Below the pieces are notes generated by a model. The model had not been told where the DNA came from, did no database searches, and was given only the letters and a program-made list of their open reading frames with translations. Positions 30,560 through 39,299 of a stretch of DNA of 64,000 bases are shown piece after piece. A program made the position numbers and the translations under genes. Source of the DNA: Bacteroidales bacterium (GTDB taxonomy: Bacteria > Bacteroidota > Bacteroidia > Bacteroidales > UBA10428); the NCBI GenBank assembly GCA_016930375.1, contig JAFGGU010000044.1, positions 2,529 through 66,528 on the forward strand. Reading direction: 5' to 3'. Within the stretch, counting starts at the first letter, position 1. Each line of letters starts with the position of its first letter.

Positions 30560-30687
30560 TCTTTTAAAAAAATCAGGCGTATGGTGAATAAAAAGAATCC
30601 TGTTTTTTCACAAGGGATTTAGATTTCTTTTACTTTCATATAAAATTAGTGATTTATATAAATCTTTAGATCTAACCAACCCATTGC

Positions 30688-31065
30688 ATGGAAGATTTAT
30701 TTATTCAAGGTACTGATTCACTGCCAACGGTTTCTTTAAAGACAACAGGTGAATTGAAGATTGCAGGCAGGGCTTTGCCTGAAGATGCCGTCAAGTTCTT
30801 TGTCCCCATTCTTGATTGGATTACCGGTTTTTCGGCAGAGAAGATTAATATAGAAATTAATCTTGATTACTTTAATACCAGTGTTTCCAAGCAATTGCTC
30901 GATTTCTTCAAGATCATTGAACAAAACAGGGCCCATAAAGTGGTAAATTTAAAATGGATGTACGAGGATGGTGACGAGGAGATGTTGGAATCAGGTGAGT
31001 TGTATCAGGAACTTTTGCCGGGTTTCCACTTTACCTTCCATAAATTTGCCGAGCTCACCCATTGA
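30688..31065 (+). CDS. DUF1987 / SiaC-family regulatory phosphoprotein-like protein
   Basis: 125 aa. It has I.G....P.V......G.L.I.G...PED...F..P...W and the YFNTS.SK segment that aligns, from memory, with the LYLNTSSIK phospho-site region of Pseudomonas SiaC. Confidence 0.65.
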   Translation: MEDLFIQGTDSLPTVSLKTTGELKIAGRALPEDAVKFFVPILDWITGFSAEKINIEINLDYFNTSVSKQLLDFFKIIEQNRAHKVVNLKWMYEDGDEEMLESGELYQELLPGFHFTFHKFAELTH

Positions 31066-31234
31066 TTGTTCAATACCCGCTGTACAAGTATTGTAAACAT
31101 TCCTGCAAATAGAGTGTTTATTAGGGTGGAAAATGAAGCGATCTGACAAAACGGCAGTAAAAAACTATATATATAGATATATTAATATAATGGTGTGATA
31201 TTTGATGGGTTCCTAAAAATATAAATTCAAAACA

Positions 31235-31594
31235 ATGGCATTAGAGCATTTGACCAAAGACACCTTTAAAGAAAAGGTATTCAACTTTGAAGCGAACAAG
31301 GAATGGAAATACGAAGGGACCAAACCGGCAATTATTGATTTCTATGCGGATTGGTGTGCTCCCTGTCGAATGGTGGCGCCTGTTCTTGAAGAGCTGAAAG
31401 ATGAATATGATGATAAAATAGAGATTTACAAGATAAACACGGAAGAAGAGCGTGAACTTTCAGCTATGTTCGGGATTCAGAGTATTCCAAGCTTGTTGTT
31501 CATTCCGCTGGAAGGTCAGCCTCAAATGGCCATGGGAGCATTGCCAAAAGATACCTTCAAGAAGGCGATCGTTGATGTTTTAAATGTAAAGTAA
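31235..31594 (+). CDS. trxA: Thioredoxin
   Basis: Active site DFYADWCAPCRMVAP, and a typical cis-Pro context, IQSIPSLLF. Confidence 0.9.
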   Translation: MALEHLTKDTFKEKVFNFEANKEWKYEGTKPAIIDFYADWCAPCRMVAPVLEELKDEYDDKIEIYKINTEEERELSAMFGIQSIPSLLFIPLEGQPQMAMGALPKDTFKKAIVDVLNVK

Positions 31595-31809
31595 TGGTAC
31601 CATTTCTGAAAAAGCATTGGTATATTTTAGTTCTCACCATAGCGGGCATAACCGCAGGATACCTTTACTGGAGATTTATTGGCTGTACTAAAGGATCATG
31701 TCCCATCACATCTCACTGGCATACAAGTTCGATTGTCGGTGGGATTTTAGGATATTTGTCAGGGAGCATCATCTCCGATTTCCGAAAAAAGGCGGGTGAT
31801 AACCGCTGA
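31594..31809 (+). CDS. Small two-TM membrane protein with a CxxxxC motif (possibly the DUF6132 family)
   Basis: 71 aa. Its ATG overlaps the thioredoxin TAA by 1 nt (TAATG). It has two hydrophobic segments flanking GCTKGSCPI. Confidence 0.55.
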   Translation: MVPFLKKHWYILVLTIAGITAGYLYWRFIGCTKGSCPITSHWHTSSIVGGILGYLSGSIISDFRKKAGDNR

Positions 31810-31838
31810 AAATAATTCCTTTTCAAGTTTAAGACGAT

Positions 31839-31872
31839 CAATAGGTTAATGGATCAATGCCATTGCCTATTG
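31839..31872 (+). terminator. Candidate hairpin terminator after the trx/small-membrane-protein pair
   Basis: CAATAGG-TT-AATGG / loop ATCAATG / CCATT-G-CCTATTG forms 12 bp with a small internal loop. It lies 30 nt after the stop at 31809 and is followed by a T-rich stretch. Confidence 0.4.
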
Positions 31873-31893
31873 ATATTGTCATTTATTTATTAT

Positions 31894-31901
31894 TAACTTT
31901 G
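31894..31901 (+). promoter_or_regulatory. Candidate -7 box (TAACTTTG) about 200 nt upstream of the acyl-CoA carboxylase operon
   Basis: This is the only exact TAnnTTTG match in the 295-nt gap and would imply a long leader. Motif match only. Confidence 0.25.
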
Positions 31902-32104
31902 TTGCGCCTGTCAAAACACATGTTCTTTACAACTGCCTGATTCACAACCCAAGACTGGTTATCCGGGCAGCATTCAGTGAATGGATTTGAAATTGATAAT
32001 ACTTATCTATGCAGCAATTCTGTCCGTTGAAATATGATACCTTCCTCCCGGTTTCATTCGCACATTTCAAGTCCGTTTTTCAATAAACTTTTAATACTTT
32101 TCAC

Positions 32105-33661
32105 ATGGATGTAAAAGGGAAACTTTACACGCGATTTCTGGAAAGGACAAAAGCCTATCATGAGCAGCAAAGTGATTTGATCATTGAAAAACAGCATCTC
32201 AAGGGCAAGATGACAGCCCGGGAAAGAATGGACATGCTATTTGATGCGGAGACCTTTGAAGAAGTGGATGCATTTTCGATGCCTGCAGCATCAGGAGGAG
32301 ATTTTGGCAAGAAAGTCACTGCCTTTGGCGACGGAGTCATTACCGGATTTGGAAAGATCAGCGGGCGTTTAGCCTTTGCATTTTCTCAGGATTTCACAGT
32401 AATGGGAGGTTCTTTGGGATCGGTTCATGCTGCCAAAATTGCCAAAATCCAGGACATGGCTTCAAAGATGGGTGCGCCCATGATCGGTCTTATCGATTCG
32501 GGAGGTGCCAGGATACAGGAAGGGGTTGCAAGTCTGGCCGGATATGCGTCCATTTTCAACCGAAATGTTTCCTCGTCTGGCGTAATTCCTCAGATTTCAG
32601 TAATCATGGGTCCTGCCGCGGGAGGTGCGGTATATTCCCCTTCCATCACTGATTTTATTTTCATGACCAATAAAACCAGTTACATGTTTGTGACCGGTCC
32701 CAATGTCGTAAAGGAAGTTTTGAATGAGGACGTATCCTTTGATGATCTGGGAGGCGCCATGGTGCACATGAAGAAGAGCGGGGTAGCGCATTTTGTTTAT
32801 GAAGACGAAGAAAACACCATTCGTGGCGTCCAGAAGTTGTTGTCTTATCTTCCATCCAACAACCTGGAGAATCCTCCATTTTTTGAATACTGCGATACTG
32901 ACCTGCGCGTGGATGACCGTTTCAGGGAAAGCATCCCTGATGATCCCAATAAGCCCTATGATATTAAGGAGATCATTAACCTGATCACGGACCGGAATTC
33001 CTTTTTTGAAGTATCGGCCTATTTTGCCCAGAATCTGGTTATCGGTTTTGGACGGCTCAGGGGCAAAACCATTGGTATTCTCGCCAACCAGCCCAAGGTT
33101 CTCGCCGGCACACTGGATATCAATTCATCGGTGAAGGGTGCCCGTTTCATCAGGTTTTGTGATTCTTTTAACATACCCATTCTTACCCTGGAAGATGTTC
33201 CCGGATTTCTGCCCGGCATTGATCAGGAACACAACGGAATCATAAGGCATGGGGCTAAGTTATTGTATGCCTATGCCGATGCAACGGTGCCAAAAGTTAC
33301 GGTAATTCTTAGGAAATCATACGGAGGGGCTTATTGTGTGATGAACAGCAAAAACCTGGGAGGAGATTTTAATTTTGCCTGGCCTACAGCGGAAATTGCA
33401 GTTATGGGTCCTGAAGGAGCAGTTTCAATCCTATACCGTAAAGAATTGCTCGAATCAGAAGATCCTGCCAGGCTTAAGAAGGAACTTACGGCAAGATACC
33501 GGGATGAAATCGCCAATCCTTATGTTGCTGATGATAAAGGATATATTGATGAGGTTATTGACCCGGCTGTTACCCGTAAAAAGCTTATCGCAGCATTTGA
33601 AGCTTTGGAAAACAAGCATGTCAGTGTGCCATCCAGAAAACACGGGAATATACCCCTGTAA
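32105..33661 (+). CDS. Acyl-CoA carboxylase carboxyltransferase (beta) subunit (propionyl-/methylmalonyl-CoA type)
   Basis: 518 aa with GKMTARERMDMLFD, GGSLG, DSGGARIQEG and PKVTVILRKSYGGAYCVM. Confidence 0.9.
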   Translation: MDVKGKLYTRFLERTKAYHEQQSDLIIEKQHLKGKMTARERMDMLFDAETFEEVDAFSMPAASGGDFGKKVTAFGDGVITGFGKISGRLAFAFSQDFTVMGGSLGSVHAAKIAKIQDMASKMGAPMIGLIDSGGARIQEGVASLAGYASIFNRNVSSSGVIPQISVIMGPAAGGAVYSPSITDFIFMTNKTSYMFVTGPNVVKEVLNEDVSFDDLGGAMVHMKKSGVAHFVYEDEENTIRGVQKLLSYLPSNNLENPPFFEYCDTDLRVDDRFRESIPDDPNKPYDIKEIINLITDRNSFFEVSAYFAQNLVIGFGRLRGKTIGILANQPKVLAGTLDINSSVKGARFIRFCDSFNIPILTLEDVPGFLPGIDQEHNGIIRHGAKLLYAYADATVPKVTVILRKSYGGAYCVMNSKNLGGDFNFAWPTAEIAVMGPEGAVSILYRKELLESEDPARLKKELTARYRDEIANPYVADDKGYIDEVIDPAVTRKKLIAAFEALENKHVSVPSRKHGNIPL

Positions 33662-33707
33662 TTCCGGTTTTATGTATTAATTTGTTGTAATAAATTATAC
33701 GGTGGGG

Positions 33708-35213
33708 ATGAAAATAAAAAGCCTGCTTATCGCAAACCGCGGAGAAATTGCTGTCAGAATTACGGAAACCGCCAAAAAATTGCACATCAAAACCTATGGT
33801 ATAAAAACGGCTAAGGAACCCAACGCTTTATATCTTAGGCTGGTGGATGATGTAATTGATTTCTCCCAAAGCCAGGATGAAATTCCGGAATTTCTGGATA
33901 TTGAAAGAATAATAGAAGCAGCGCGGCAATGTAAGGTGGATGCCATTCATCCGGGCTATGGATTCCTGGCTGAGAATCCTTATTTTGCCAGACGATGTGA
34001 GGAAGAAAAGATATTGTTTGTCGGCCCCTCAGCACTTGCCATTTTCAAAATGGGGAATAAGACCATTGCAAAACAAATCGCACAGCGATACCAGGTGCCC
34101 TTGTTACAGGGAAGCCAGCGAAACGTCAAAAATCCCCAGGAGGCAGCTGAAATTGCCGCAAATATTGGATACCCGGTTATTTTGAAAGCAGCAGCCGGAG
34201 GAGGTGGCAGAGGGATGCGCATTGTAGAAAAAGCGTCCAACATGGAGAAAATGTTCAAAATGGCTGCCAATGAATCTGAAAAAGCCTTCAACGACTCGTC
34301 CCTGTTCATTGAAAAATATGTCAGAAACCCAAGACACATTGAATTTCAGATCATGGGTGACCGGCATGGCAATTATGTACACCTGGGAGAGCGGGAATGT
34401 TCCATCCAACGCAAGCATCAGAAATTGATTGAAGAATCTCCGTCATCCGCTATTGATGAAAAACTGCGCAAAGAGATGGGTGAAGCTGCCATCCGGGTTG
34501 CCAAAGCTGTGTATTATCACTCCGTGGGCACAGTGGAATTTCTGCTGGATGCCGATAAAAATTACTTCTTTATGGAAATGAATACCCGAATTCAAGTTGA
34601 ACATCCTGTTACAGAGGCTGTGTCGGGTATTGACCTGGTGGAATGGCAGCTCAGGATTGCAGAAGGACAGGAACTTACTATAAAACAGGAAGATGTCAAA
34701 CTTTCCGGCTGGTCCATCGAATGCCGGATAAATGCAGAAGATGTGCAGGCTGGATTTTCACCCAATCTCGGAATCATAGAAAAGGTTTCCTTCCCAAAAG
34801 GTAAAAATATTCGTATTGATACCGGAATCACGGATTATTCCGTGATCACCCCTTATTTCGATTCCATGGTGGCAAAGCTGATCGTGCACGCCGAAACCCG
34901 CGAAAAAGCGATAGCTGCCGCCACAGCTGCGCTAAAAAAAATCTGGATCAGGGGAATTAAAACAACCATACCCTTTTGCCTCGCTGTTATGAATCACAAG
35001 AAGTTCAGAAAAGGTGACTTCAATACTTCGTTTATAGAAAAGGATATGGATAAGCTTTATTACAATGATGAAGAAGACGAGATGCTGGCTGCCTATGTTG
35101 CAACATTTGATTTTGCTGCAGAACTTGAGACCAACCGCACAGCTAAACCTGATTTTGAGCGGGGCAGGAATATCAGCCCATGGGTATTGAATAAACGGCT
35201 TAAATCATTATAG
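33708..35213 (+). CDS. accC: Biotin carboxylase subunit
   Basis: Contains LLIANRGEIAVRI, GYPVILKAAAGGGGRGMRIV, EMNTRIQVEHPVTE and ECRINAED. The ATG at 33708 is preferred over the GTG at 33702. Confidence 0.92.
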   Translation: MKIKSLLIANRGEIAVRITETAKKLHIKTYGIKTAKEPNALYLRLVDDVIDFSQSQDEIPEFLDIERIIEAARQCKVDAIHPGYGFLAENPYFARRCEEEKILFVGPSALAIFKMGNKTIAKQIAQRYQVPLLQGSQRNVKNPQEAAEIAANIGYPVILKAAAGGGGRGMRIVEKASNMEKMFKMAANESEKAFNDSSLFIEKYVRNPRHIEFQIMGDRHGNYVHLGERECSIQRKHQKLIEESPSSAIDEKLRKEMGEAAIRVAKAVYYHSVGTVEFLLDADKNYFFMEMNTRIQVEHPVTEAVSGIDLVEWQLRIAEGQELTIKQEDVKLSGWSIECRINAEDVQAGFSPNLGIIEKVSFPKGKNIRIDTGITDYSVITPYFDSMVAKLIVHAETREKAIAAATAALKKIWIRGIKTTIPFCLAVMNHKKFRKGDFNTSFIEKDMDKLYYNDEEDEMLAAYVATFDFAAELETNRTAKPDFERGRNISPWVLNKRLKSL

Positions 35214-35223
35214 AATCTGATCC

Positions 35224-35760
35224 ATGAAACTGCTTAAAATAAAAAAACAACAGGAACCTGAATACATTGCTGTGACACAAGGCAATAAAAAGTATGTCAT
35301 CCGGAATCCATTCAGTGATGAATTAAAGATTAACGGACACAAGCAGGATATTAAAATTTTTGAGGATGAGGAAGGATTTACTTTTCTTGAGTTCAAAAAT
35401 AAAAAATATTTGGCCGAAATAACTGATAAAAGCCAGAACAAGTATACCGTTTTGCTGAACGGACTTAGTTATTCTTTCACCATTGAATCTCCCATATCCT
35501 ATCGAAGAAGAAAGTATCTCGAAAAGCACAAGGAAATCAGCAAACTTGAGGTAGTATCGGCCCCGATGCCCGGAAAAATTGTTGAGCTCCTCGTTGAGCC
35601 AAATTCCAGGGTGAAAGAAGGAGAGGCGATCCTCATTCTGGAAGCCATGAAAATGCAGAATGAAATCATTACCCAGGTTTCCGGGAAAATTCAGAAAATA
35701 TATGTCAAGGCCGGTGATTCTGTTGCCAAGGATGAAGTTCTTATGGAGATTGAGAGGTAA
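35224..35760 (+). CDS. Biotin carboxyl carrier protein (biotin/lipoyl attachment domain)
   Basis: The C-terminal domain has the biotinylation motif ILEAMKMQNEI. Confidence 0.85.
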   Translation: MKLLKIKKQQEPEYIAVTQGNKKYVIRNPFSDELKINGHKQDIKIFEDEEGFTFLEFKNKKYLAEITDKSQNKYTVLLNGLSYSFTIESPISYRRRKYLEKHKEISKLEVVSAPMPGKIVELLVEPNSRVKEGEAILILEAMKMQNEIITQVSGKIQKIYVKAGDSVAKDEVLMEIER

Positions 35761-35764
35761 TTGC

Positions 35765-35772
35765 TACCTTTG
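35765..35772 (+). promoter_or_regulatory. Candidate -7 box (TACCTTTG) for the PNP gene
   Basis: Exact TAnnTTTG match, 22 nt upstream of the ATG at 35794. Confidence 0.35.
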
Positions 35773-35793
35773 AATGAGTTAATTTCTTAGGGT

Positions 35794-36603
35794 ATGCTTG
35801 ACAGAATTAAACAAACGGTAGATTTTCTAAAGGATTCAGGTATTGTTGATCCCGGCATCGGAATTGTGCTGGGTACCGGGTTGGGAAAAATGGTGAATGA
35901 ATTCAGCATCATCAGAGCCATTGATTTTAGTAATATTCCCAACTTTCCGCTGGCAACCGTTGAATCTCACTCGGGGAAACTCATTTACGGAATTCTTCAC
36001 GGTAAAAAAATTCTGGCGATGCAGGGACGCTTTCATTACTATGAAGGCTATTCTTTGCAGGAAGTGACCTTTCCCATCCGAGTTATGAAAAGTCTTGGTA
36101 TCCGGCATCTTCTTCTGTCAAATGCTGCTGGTGCCCTGAACCTGAGTTATAAGAAAGGAAGCCTGATGTTGATTGAAGATCATATCAACCTCCTTCCGGA
36201 TAATCCACTGAGAGGAAAGAACCTGGATGAATTCGGACCGCGTTTTCCCGATATGAGTCGGCCCTATGACGGTTTTCTGAATAGCAAATTGGCGGAAATC
36301 GCCATTCGTGAAAAAATTGTCCTTCATAAAGGCGTATATGTTTCAGTTTTAGGACCTAATCTCGAAACAAGGGCAGAATACAGGATGTTGGCGAATTTTG
36401 CCGATGCCGTTGGCATGTCCACTGTACCTGAAGTCATTGTGGCCAATCACATGGGACTTCCCTGTGCCGCCATATCCGTGCTTACCGATGAATGTGACCC
36501 TGATCAACTGGTTCCCGCAAAAATTGAAGATATACTTGAGATAGCCGGAAAAGCGGAAATACCTCTTATCCGTTTGTTTTCTCAATTGATCAGGGAAATA
36601 TAA
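35794..36603 (+). CDS. Purine nucleoside phosphorylase (PunA-type, trimeric family)
   Basis: Contains IVLGTGLG, HSGKLIYG, MQGRFHYYEGY, NAAG and VGMSTVPEVIVA. Confidence 0.9.
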   Translation: MLDRIKQTVDFLKDSGIVDPGIGIVLGTGLGKMVNEFSIIRAIDFSNIPNFPLATVESHSGKLIYGILHGKKILAMQGRFHYYEGYSLQEVTFPIRVMKSLGIRHLLLSNAAGALNLSYKKGSLMLIEDHINLLPDNPLRGKNLDEFGPRFPDMSRPYDGFLNSKLAEIAIREKIVLHKGVYVSVLGPNLETRAEYRMLANFADAVGMSTVPEVIVANHMGLPCAAISVLTDECDPDQLVPAKIEDILEIAGKAEIPLIRLFSQLIREI

Positions 36604-36655
36604 TGAAGGGCCAAGTATACCGTATTGACGCAAAATTTTCTAAAGAATCATTAAG

Positions 36656-37675
36656 ATGATCATGGTCACCGGTGCAACCGGCTTTCTGGGAGCGCATATT
36701 TTGTATGATCTGGCAGGCAAAGGCCTTCGGGTTAAAGCTTTATACAGGGACAGTCTGAAAATCACAAACGTTAAGAAGATTTTCGGTTATTACCGGGAAA
36801 ATATTTCAGAGTTTTGGAACAGAATTGAATGGATCGAGGGCGATATTCTGGATTATTATTCCCTGAGGGAAAATCTGAAGGACATCAAAGTGGTATATCA
36901 TGCAGCAGGACTGGTTTCGTTTGAAAACAGAGACCGTGAAGAACTTAATCAAATCAATGCCAGGGGCGTTGCTCATGTTGTAAACGCCTGCCTTGAGCAG
37001 GGCATTGATAAACTCTGTCATGTAAGTTCAATAGCAACTTTGGGTGAATCGAACGGTTCTGAACTTATTCGTGAAACCATGATGTGGAATCCGGTTAATT
37101 CAGCCTCTGCATATGCTGTTAGCAAGTTCAAGGGCGAAATGGAAGTCTGGAGGGGAATTCATGAAGGACTGCAGGCTGTAATAGTTAATCCGTCTGTTAT
37201 TGTAGGTCCGGGCATGTGGATGGGCTCTGCACGGCAAATCCTTGACCGGATCAGGTCGGGGATGAAATACTATCCGGGCGGCTCTACAGGATATGTAGAT
37301 GTACGTGATGTTGCCACTGCCATGATCAGGCTGACAGATGGGAATTTTTTCAGTGAAAGGTACATCGTAAGTTCTGAAAATTTGCCGCATCGTACTTTGC
37401 TGAACCTGATATCCGATGCAATGGGCGTGCCGCGGCCTGCTCATCCGGTCACCCCTTGTTTGATGAGAATGGCTGTGGCAGCTGAATCAATTCGGTCAAC
37501 ATTCACAGGTCAGGTGCCACGATTGACCCAAAAGACCCTTGAAATTGCGTCGGCAGAGCTTGCTTATTCCAATAAAAAAATCAAGGATGCAATAACTGTC
37601 AGTTTCATCCCGATCGAAGAATCAATTCAGTTTTCGATCCCTCATTTTCTCGCCGAAACCGCATTGCCGGTTTAA
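36656..37675 (+). CDS. NAD-dependent epimerase/dehydratase-family (extended SDR) protein
   Basis: Contains MVTGATGFLGAHI and the YAVSK catalytic YxxxK. 339 aa. Confidence 0.8.
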   Translation: MIMVTGATGFLGAHILYDLAGKGLRVKALYRDSLKITNVKKIFGYYRENISEFWNRIEWIEGDILDYYSLRENLKDIKVVYHAAGLVSFENRDREELNQINARGVAHVVNACLEQGIDKLCHVSSIATLGESNGSELIRETMMWNPVNSASAYAVSKFKGEMEVWRGIHEGLQAVIVNPSVIVGPGMWMGSARQILDRIRSGMKYYPGGSTGYVDVRDVATAMIRLTDGNFFSERYIVSSENLPHRTLLNLISDAMGVPRPAHPVTPCLMRMAVAAESIRSTFTGQVPRLTQKTLEIASAELAYSNKKIKDAITVSFIPIEESIQFSIPHFLAETALPV

Positions 37676-37800
37676 TACCCGATTGCTTTCCCCAATCTTC
37701 AAAAAAAATTTTCGATTTCTTTTTAGCAGGGTTACTTTTTCAATCCCAAAGGTATTAATGCAATAATTAACCTTATTCATTAAACCTAAATGGTCGCGTT

Positions 37801-39075
37801 ATGAAAAATCGTTTTCTTGCTTACATCATTGTGTGTTTGTTTTTCGCGGATTCCTGTCAGAGGGAAGACCCCGAACCAGTTAAACCTAAAGGCCTTCTCG
37901 AAGTGAATATCGGCCTTTTCATGAATGTCAATGAAGTTAACAGTCATTTAAAATCAACACTTGGAGCGGAGGATTTTAAGATCATAATTTACAATACGGC
38001 GGGAGAAGAAGTGATTGCATTTGAAAGGGCATCTGAAATGCCTGCTGAGATTGAGCTTGAGATTGGCAATTATTACGTGGCCGCCCATTCCGACAATAAT
38101 TCTCCGGCAGCATTTGAAAATCCCTACTATTATGGGAAATCTGATCCTTTTACAATCATTGCAGGCTCTTCACATACTGCAACAGTGAATTGTGAACTGG
38201 CAAATACCATGGTATCTGTGATATATTCAGAGAATATAAAAAGCAATTTTACCGGTTACACAACCACTGTCAGTAATTCCGCGGGGTCATTAACATTCAC
38301 AGCGGTGGAAACCCGGGCTGGTTTTTTTCAACCCCTTCCGCTCAGTATTTCCGCTGTACTGACCCGCGAAAAATCTGACGGATCGGTCGAAACTACAACA
38401 CTGACCGGGGCTATTGCTTCGCCTCAGCCTAAAAAACATTACGAAATTCATATTGATGCAGCAAGCGGAACGGGAACTTTACTTTTTGAAATTAACCTGG
38501 ATGAAAGTACAGATCCTGTCGAAATTGTTGAAATCACCGGTGGCAATAATCAGCCTGCGACCGGCGAGATTGCGCAGGGAGGTCTTCTGATTACGGAAAT
38601 CATGTACGATCCGGCATCACTTTCAGATACGGAAGGTGAATGGTTTGAGGTGTACAACAACACCAACTCAGCCATTGATTTACGGAATCTGGTGATCCGA
38701 AAAAACGATTCGGAAAGTCATATTATTAACACTCAGGTTATCCTTGCATCACACGGATACTGCATTCTTGCACGTACCGAGAATGCAGTTCCCGGGGATA
38801 AATACACCTATCTTACCGACATTACCCTGAACAATACCGGCGCTGTTCTTTCCATTCACAATCATGGAACAGACGGAACGGACGGGTCTGTCATCTGTTC
38901 GGTGGATTATGGTTCCGATGGATTCCCAGGTGCCAGCGGTGCTTCCATTTGCCTGGATCCCGATAAACTTAATGTAACGGAGGCTGTAATCGCAGAGTCC
39001 TGGTGTGTTTCATCTTCCGCCTATGGCCCGGGCGACCTCGGAACGCCTGGCTCCATGAATGACAATTGCAATTAA
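37801..39075 (+). CDS. Lipoprotein with a DUF4493-like N-terminal region fused to a C-terminal lamin-tail domain (LTD)
   Basis: Lipobox FFADSC. The N-terminal half has the pattern IGNYYVAAHSDNN...FENPYYYGKSDPFTI...VNCELANTMVSV, which I associate with DUF4493. The C-terminal LLITEIMYDPAS...EWFEVYNNTNSAIDL...NNTGAVLSI is an LTD signature. Confidence 0.6.
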   Translation: MKNRFLAYIIVCLFFADSCQREDPEPVKPKGLLEVNIGLFMNVNEVNSHLKSTLGAEDFKIIIYNTAGEEVIAFERASEMPAEIELEIGNYYVAAHSDNNSPAAFENPYYYGKSDPFTIIAGSSHTATVNCELANTMVSVIYSENIKSNFTGYTTTVSNSAGSLTFTAVETRAGFFQPLPLSISAVLTREKSDGSVETTTLTGAIASPQPKKHYEIHIDAASGTGTLLFEINLDESTDPVEIVEITGGNNQPATGEIAQGGLLITEIMYDPASLSDTEGEWFEVYNNTNSAIDLRNLVIRKNDSESHIINTQVILASHGYCILARTENAVPGDKYTYLTDITLNNTGAVLSIHNHGTDGTDGSVICSVDYGSDGFPGASGASICLDPDKLNVTEAVIAESWCVSSSAYGPGDLGTPGSMNDNCN

Positions 39076-39112
39076 AGACTAAATCTTCCTTCTGATTCTT
39101 ACCAATACCCAC

Positions 39113-39193
39113 AAGCCCCGGATTGCCGAAGTTATATTTCATTAGGCAATATCGTTCTGACGCAAACCTCTCTTAAGCAACCGGGGCTTTTTT
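39113..39193 (+). terminator. Long-range GC-rich stem plus T-run (terminator-like or structured RNA element)
   Basis: AAGCCCCGG (39113-39121) pairs perfectly with CCGGGGCTT (39181-39189). The T-run extends to 39193. An inner hairpin forms from ATTGCC (39122-39127) and GGCAAT (39144-39149). Confidence 0.35.
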
Positions 39194-39251
39194 CATGGCC
39201 GATTATTATTGCATGTTGATAAAGGATTGCATTTTAGGGTATCATTTTATG

Positions 39252-39259
39252 TAAATTTG
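39252..39259 (+). promoter_or_regulatory. Candidate -7 box (TAAATTTG) for the sugar transferase gene
   Basis: Exact TAnnTTTG match, 41 nt upstream of the ATG at 39300. It shares the extended TTTGCAGG with the asnS box. Confidence 0.35.
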
Positions 39260-39299
39260 CAGGGGAATTTTAAATTCATTCGGTTACACTCCTGGAAAG

